From Candidatus Dadabacteria bacterium (GTDB lineage Bacteria; Desulfobacterota_D; UBA1144; Nemesobacterales; CSP1-2): DNA of 27,306 nucleotides. Below the pieces are notes generated by a model. The model had not been told where the DNA came from and ran no database searches. It saw only the letters and a list, made by a program, of their open reading frames with translations. How positions within the stretch are numbered: position 1 is the stretch's first letter; every line of letters begins with the position of its first letter. The stretch covers positions 1 through 27,306 of the forward strand of contig PSLL01000007.1 in the NCBI GenBank assembly GCA_040289575.1, in the 5' to 3' direction. The position numbers and the translations under genes are program-made. Below, one piece after another: positions 23,074-27,306 of the stretch.

Positions 23074-24072
23074 ATGTCTTTCGATAATATAATCGGTCAT
23101 GAATTTCAAAAGGAGGCTCTCCTGCGGGCCTCCCGCGAAGGGCGCGTTTCCCACGCCTATCTATTCTTCGGTCCCGATGGGATAGGAAAAAAACTCATGG
23201 CAATTGGGTTTGGAAAGGTTCTAAACTGCCTACAGGGGAACTCAAACGGCGGGCATTGCGATTGCAACTCATGTAAAAAGATAGAAAAGGGTATTCATCC
23301 AGATGTGTTCCTTATAGAACACAAGGGTGTAAAGGACATTAAGGTTGATCAAATACGCGATGAGGTGGAAGAGAGGCTCTTTTTTAGGCCATTTGAGGGA
23401 AGGTTTAAATTGGCAATAGTAGACGACGCACACAGGATGAATCTGAGTGCCCAGAATGCCTTTCTTAAAACTCTCGAAGAGCCTCCTTCCGATTCGGTTA
23501 TAGTTCTTATCTGCTCTCAACCCCAGGCTCTTCTTCCGACAATCAGATCAAGGTGTCAGTCAGTTGAATTTAAGCCTTTGCCTCAGGATGTAATCCTTGA
23601 AGAGATTAAGAAAAGAACAGATTTATCGCCCGATGAATGCATAATTGCTTCAAGGCTCTCAGGGGGAAGCCTGGGAAGGGCACTTTCTTTGGATAAAAAT
23701 CTTCTATCCCAGAGAAAAGAGATAATTATGAATCTCTCGAGAATAAACCCAGACTGCGCTTCCGATGTTCTCGGTTTTGCAGAGTCAATCCTAAAGGGTT
23801 CAGCTTCAGAGGAATTGGAAAAACTCATGTTGATATTTGACATTATTTTACTCTGGCTTAGGGATATGGTTCTGATCAAAATTGGTTTCGATGAGGATTC
23901 GTTATCGAATAGAGACCTGATTTCCATAACACGCAATCTTGCGGACAGGCATAGTGTAGATAGTATATTAGATAAAATCGAATTTCTTGAGGAGGCTTGT
24001 TATGCCGTATTTCAGAGAAACGTAAATAAGCAGATCGTGATTGAGAATCTGGTTTTGAAGATTACAGAGTAG
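23074..24072 (+). CDS. holB: DNA polymerase III delta-prime subunit
   Basis: HAYLFFGPDGIGK, zinc-binding cysteines, HPD, NAFLKTLEEPP and LLPTIRSRC; follows tmk. Confidence 0.95.
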   Translation: MSFDNIIGHEFQKEALLRASREGRVSHAYLFFGPDGIGKKLMAIGFGKVLNCLQGNSNGGHCDCNSCKKIEKGIHPDVFLIEHKGVKDIKVDQIRDEVEERLFFRPFEGRFKLAIVDDAHRMNLSAQNAFLKTLEEPPSDSVIVLICSQPQALLPTIRSRCQSVEFKPLPQDVILEEIKKRTDLSPDECIIASRLSGGSLGRALSLDKNLLSQRKEIIMNLSRINPDCASDVLGFAESILKGSASEELEKLMLIFDIILLWLRDMVLIKIGFDEDSLSNRDLISITRNLADRHSVDSILDKIEFLEEACYAVFQRNVNKQIVIENLVLKITE

Positions 24073-24132
24073 GGGCAATTCATGAAAATGCGGGTAGTGG
24101 CCAGGTATTTCGGCAAAGCCAATTGCCCCTAC
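24069..24132. repeat. GTAG-type REP palindrome with a 40-nt centre
   Basis: GTAGGGGCAATT (24069-24080) and AATTGCCCCTAC (24121-24132) are perfect 12-bp arms; the left arm supplies the holB TAG stop. Confidence 0.75.
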
Positions 24133-24165
24133 AGAGAACAAAATAAATTTTTGGGATAGCCCTAT

Positions 24166-25701
24166 ATGTCAAAAACCTTCTATGTTACGACACCGATCTA
24201 CTATGTAAATGACGTCCCACACATAGGCCACGCGTACACGACCATTGCGGCGGATGTAATTGCGAGGTTCAGGAGGCTCAAGGGGGATAAAACGTTTTTC
24301 CTCACGGGCACAGATGAGCATGGGCAGAAGATAGAGAGGGTGGCAACGGCATCTGGTGAAAGGCCAATTGAGCTTGCGGACAGGGTGGTGATTAGGTTCA
24401 AAGAGCTTTGGAAAAGGCTAAATATAATGAACGATGATTTCATAAGAACGACTGAAGAGAGGCATAAAAAGTCCGTAATTGAACTTTTTAGGAGGATTGA
24501 GGGAAAGGGCGATATATATCTAGGAGAATATGAAGATTGGTATTGCGTGTTTGATGAGACATTCTGGACTGAGACACAGCTCGGAGGCTCGAGAATTTGC
24601 CCCGACTGCGGACGTCCATTGGAGAGGCTAAAGGAGGAAAGCTATTTTTTCAGGCTCTCTAAATATGAAGAGCCGCTCTTGGAATTCTATGAGAAGAACC
24701 CCGATTTTGTTCAACCGTCCTTTAGAAGAAACGAGGTTGTGAGCTTTGTAAGGGGCGGGCTTCGAGACCTAAGTATAAGTCGCACGTCCTTTTCATGGGG
24801 AATTCCCGTGCCGGGCAATCCAAAACACGTAATCTATGTATGGTTTGATGCGCTTACAAACTACATCACCGCAGCCGGGTTTCCCGACAATATAGAGAGG
24901 TTCAACAGGACCTGGCCAGCCGATATCCACCTTGTGGGAAAGGATATTCTCAGGTTTCATGCCGTCTATTGGCCTGCGTTTCTTATGTCCGCAGGACTCC
25001 CCATTCCGCTTCATGTGTTTGCCCACGGCTGGTGGACCATTGAGGGAGAGAAGATGTCAAAATCAAAGGGGAATGTCGTAGACCCATATGCCATCATTGA
25101 TGAGTTTGGCGCGGACACCCTGAGATTCTTCCTCCTTCGGGAGGTTCCATTTGGACTCGATGGGGATTTCTCAAGGAGCGCTCTTATTGGGAGGATAAAC
25201 GGAGAACTTGCAAACGGGCTTGGAAACCTTGTCAGCCGAAGCCTTGGAATGATAGAGAAATATTCCGAGGGCAGGGTTCCAAAACCCGTCTCATTTGAGA
25301 CGCCCGATGAGAATGTAAGAGAAAAGGCGCTTCATACAGCCCGGCAATTAGAAGAGGCGATGAATGAAGTCGCATTCCACAAGGCTCTTGGCATAATCTG
25401 GGATTTCATAGCCTTTGTAAATAAATATATAGATGAATCCGCCCCATGGGGCCTTCAAAAGGCCGGAAAAGGGGAAAGGCTAAATACAGTGCTCTGGACT
25501 CTTGTTGAGTCAATAAGGATAATTGCCATACTCTTATATCCATTCATCCCTAAGTCAGCTGAAGAGATCTGGAAAAAGATAGGTTCTCCAGAACCGATTG
25601 AATCCCAACGCCTCTCTTATGCAAGACAGTGGGGAATAACCAAACCCGGATGCCCAGTAGAAAAGGGCGATGGGTTATTTCCAAGATACGAGATAAAATA
25701 A
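24166..25701 (+). CDS. metG: Methionine--tRNA ligase, short form without the C-terminal OB domain
   Basis: TTPIYYVN, HIGH, GTDEHG, YVWFDAL, GKDILRFH and KMSKS. Confidence 0.97.
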   Translation: MSKTFYVTTPIYYVNDVPHIGHAYTTIAADVIARFRRLKGDKTFFLTGTDEHGQKIERVATASGERPIELADRVVIRFKELWKRLNIMNDDFIRTTEERHKKSVIELFRRIEGKGDIYLGEYEDWYCVFDETFWTETQLGGSRICPDCGRPLERLKEESYFFRLSKYEEPLLEFYEKNPDFVQPSFRRNEVVSFVRGGLRDLSISRTSFSWGIPVPGNPKHVIYVWFDALTNYITAAGFPDNIERFNRTWPADIHLVGKDILRFHAVYWPAFLMSAGLPIPLHVFAHGWWTIEGEKMSKSKGNVVDPYAIIDEFGADTLRFFLLREVPFGLDGDFSRSALIGRINGELANGLGNLVSRSLGMIEKYSEGRVPKPVSFETPDENVREKALHTARQLEEAMNEVAFHKALGIIWDFIAFVNKYIDESAPWGLQKAGKGERLNTVLWTLVESIRIIAILLYPFIPKSAEEIWKKIGSPEPIESQRLSYARQWGITKPGCPVEKGDGLFPRYEIK

Positions 25702-25721
25702 TAAGTTAGGAGCGCATCTAT

Positions 25722-25769
25722 AATAACTGCATATAGTGTGAAGAAGTTTTCACACTATATGCAGTTATT
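25722..25769. repeat. Perfect 21-bp inverted repeat with a 6-nt loop
   Basis: AATAACTGCATATAGTGTGAA-gaagtt-TTCACACTATATGCAGTTATT. Confidence 0.85.
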
Positions 25770-25807
25770 GTTGCTCTAATCCCCTTAGTCCTAAAAATCT
25801 CTAATAA

Positions 25808-25820
25808 CATCAACCGATTA
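25808..25820 (+). promoter_or_regulatory. Probable IHF site
   Basis: CATCAACCGATTA, one mismatch to WATCAANNNNTTR, upstream of the sigma54 motif. Confidence 0.45.
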
Positions 25821-25835
25821 AATCTCAAATTTCTC

Positions 25836-25851
25836 TGGTATAGAAATTGCA
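25836..25851 (+). promoter_or_regulatory. sigma54 (-24/-12) promoter of the minor pilin operon
   Basis: TGGTATAGAAATTGCA with correct GG-N10-GC spacing, 55 nt upstream of the first pilin ATG. Confidence 0.68.
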
Positions 25852-25906
25852 AATTACTACCATTCGAGTTCGATACCCGTAATCAAAAATTCCTGGGAAG
25901 CAAGAC

Positions 25907-26617
25907 ATGTCGAGAATTAAAAACCGGGATGGATTCACCCTAATAGAAATCCTTGTTGCCACACTTATAATGGCTATCGGTTTTTTGAGTTTAGCCGAGA
26001 TGGAAGCCCTCTCACTCAGGCAAAAACAATATGCGGAGAACGGAACAACCGCAACAAATATAATTCAATTTGTAAGTGATAGGGACATGGCGGAGGTAAA
26101 GCGCCGGTATCTACTCAATTCTACGGCATATGCAACAGCACAGTCGGGAGGAAGCCCCGACTTCACTTATTGCAGTGGTTCAACCAATTCGGCTTGTAGT
26201 GCGTGTCCCTGCGATCCATTACAGGCTATAACGCCTACTACGACCAACGGCACTACTGAAACCACGTGTGCGGCTATAGATATTCAGAATTTTGACCCCA
26301 AGAATCTGAATTTTACAACCTCAAAAACTCAGTGCCAGACCAATCTTACAAACACTATTAATGCAAAGAGACCGGCTCTATTTTTGATCAAGCAGGCAAC
26401 AACAAACGTGGATACCACAGTTGTTCCAAATATAGTCACAGTCTCGATCACATATGCCGTGAAAACGCAGACCCAATTTAATAAAACCGGTTTAACTAGC
26501 CTGAGTATAAAGGATACGCTTGCAACTCAGTCATATCAGGTCACTGCTCATATAGACACCACATATTCCACTTATATTCCGGGTTGGTCTCAGATCCGTG
26601 TTCCACATATCCCCTAG
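25907..26617 (+). CDS. Type IV minor pilin, PilV-like
   Basis: Class III signal peptide RDG|FTLIEILVA with hydrophobic helix; 6 Cys; Thr-rich. Confidence 0.85.
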   Translation: MSRIKNRDGFTLIEILVATLIMAIGFLSLAEMEALSLRQKQYAENGTTATNIIQFVSDRDMAEVKRRYLLNSTAYATAQSGGSPDFTYCSGSTNSACSACPCDPLQAITPTTTNGTTETTCAAIDIQNFDPKNLNFTTSKTQCQTNLTNTINAKRPALFLIKQATTNVDTTVVPNIVTVSITYAVKTQTQFNKTGLTSLSIKDTLATQSYQVTAHIDTTYSTYIPGWSQIRVPHIP

Positions 26618-26643
26618 TTATTTTGTTTGAAAGGAGATTTTTG

Positions 26644-27306
26644 ATGAACACTAGAGGCTTTACAATGGTTGAACTTTTAATCGCAACGGCTATTTTTGCC
26701 ATCATCCTTACGGGGTTGACGGTGGCATTTATACAGCAGCAAAAGCAATCTAATTTCACACAGGAGGATGTAGACTTAGACCAGACGGGCAGAGCCGCAC
26801 TCAACTACATAGCGTCAGAGATTAGAAATACTAGCGCAAGGCAGGGAAAGCCGTTTTCAATAAAGTTTGTAAATGGAGGAAGCCTCTCTACTGGCTGTGC
26901 AACAACAGATACAACCAAGGCTGGAACGGTAAACTCCCCTCCCGATTGCCTCACGATATACACATGGGATATAACAAGGGGGGAGGATACCACAAAGGCC
27001 GCCAATCCCCTAGCTCCCCGGTTGCCTTCTACCCCGGGGATAGGGTCAGTTGTAAGCCCGGGGCCACCTCTGGTTTTACAGCTTCCATTGGATTGGTTTC
27101 CGTCCGGAGGAACCCCATTAATACAAAACGGAGATCTACTCGGTTTCAGGTCACGGATTAATCTCTGCAACCCAGATTCTAGTGTGAACTGCGGGACTAC
27201 CCCACAATTCTGTGCTGAATGTGCTGCAATCCTAAGGGTAGGAACAGTTAACACAACTACAATGCAGGCCACTATTGCAGATAGTACAAGTTCAATTATA
27301 GAAGAG
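26644..27306 (+). CDS. Type IV minor pilin, PilW-like (partial, open to the window end; not in the ORF track)
   Basis: Upstream AAGGAG RBS; MNTRG|FTMVELLIATAIFAII...GRAALNYIASEIRN; 221 codons with no stop. Confidence 0.85.
   Translation, partial: MNTRGFTMVELLIATAIFAIILTGLTVAFIQQQKQSNFTQEDVDLDQTGRAALNYIASEIRNTSARQGKPFSIKFVNGGSLSTGCATTDTTKAGTVNSPPDCLTIYTWDITRGEDTTKAANPLAPRLPSTPGIGSVVSPGPPLVLQLPLDWFPSGGTPLIQNGDLLGFRSRINLCNPDSSVNCGTTPQFCAECAAILRVGTVNTTTMQATIADSTSSIIEE

Noticed and set aside
25737..25754. CRP site TGTGA...TCACA
   Set aside because: The spacer is 8 nt rather than 6, and it is part of the larger inverted repeat.
26541..27272. ORFs 26541..26804 (-), 26805..27272 (-) and 26946..27161 (+)
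   Set aside because: Shadow frames of the PilW-like gene starting at 26644.

Overview
Bacterial chromosomal window using the standard genetic code; gene content suggests a deltaproteobacteria-like lineage (inference). The left third holds a DUF427 gene, a divergent UMF1-type MFS transporter, and an ~8 kb signalling operon behind a consensus sigma54 promoter with an IHF site: REC-GGDEF diguanylate cyclase, FIST (NosP-like) sensor and two multi-receiver hybrid histidine kinases. The FIST gene is frameshifted and the first kinase has an in-frame TGA in its N-terminal segment. The middle holds a hypothetical membrane protein, an S41 peptidase, a YyaL-like protein, a tRNA m6A37 methyltransferase, and the minus-strand run pheT-ihfA-DUF502-tilS (pheS absent). 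The right third holds a vapBC-type toxin-antitoxin pair followed by rluB, a frameshifted acetoacetate decarboxylase-like gene, tmk, holB and metG, then a second sigma54/IHF promoter before Cys/Thr-rich type IV minor pilins that run off the window. Intergenic DNA is rich in small elements: GTAG-type REP palindromes (one split by an insert), a heptamer tandem repeat, a dispersed CACGAAT doublet and several long inverted repeats. Three single-base frameshifts may be assembly errors. No rRNA, tRNA, CRISPR array or transposase was seen.
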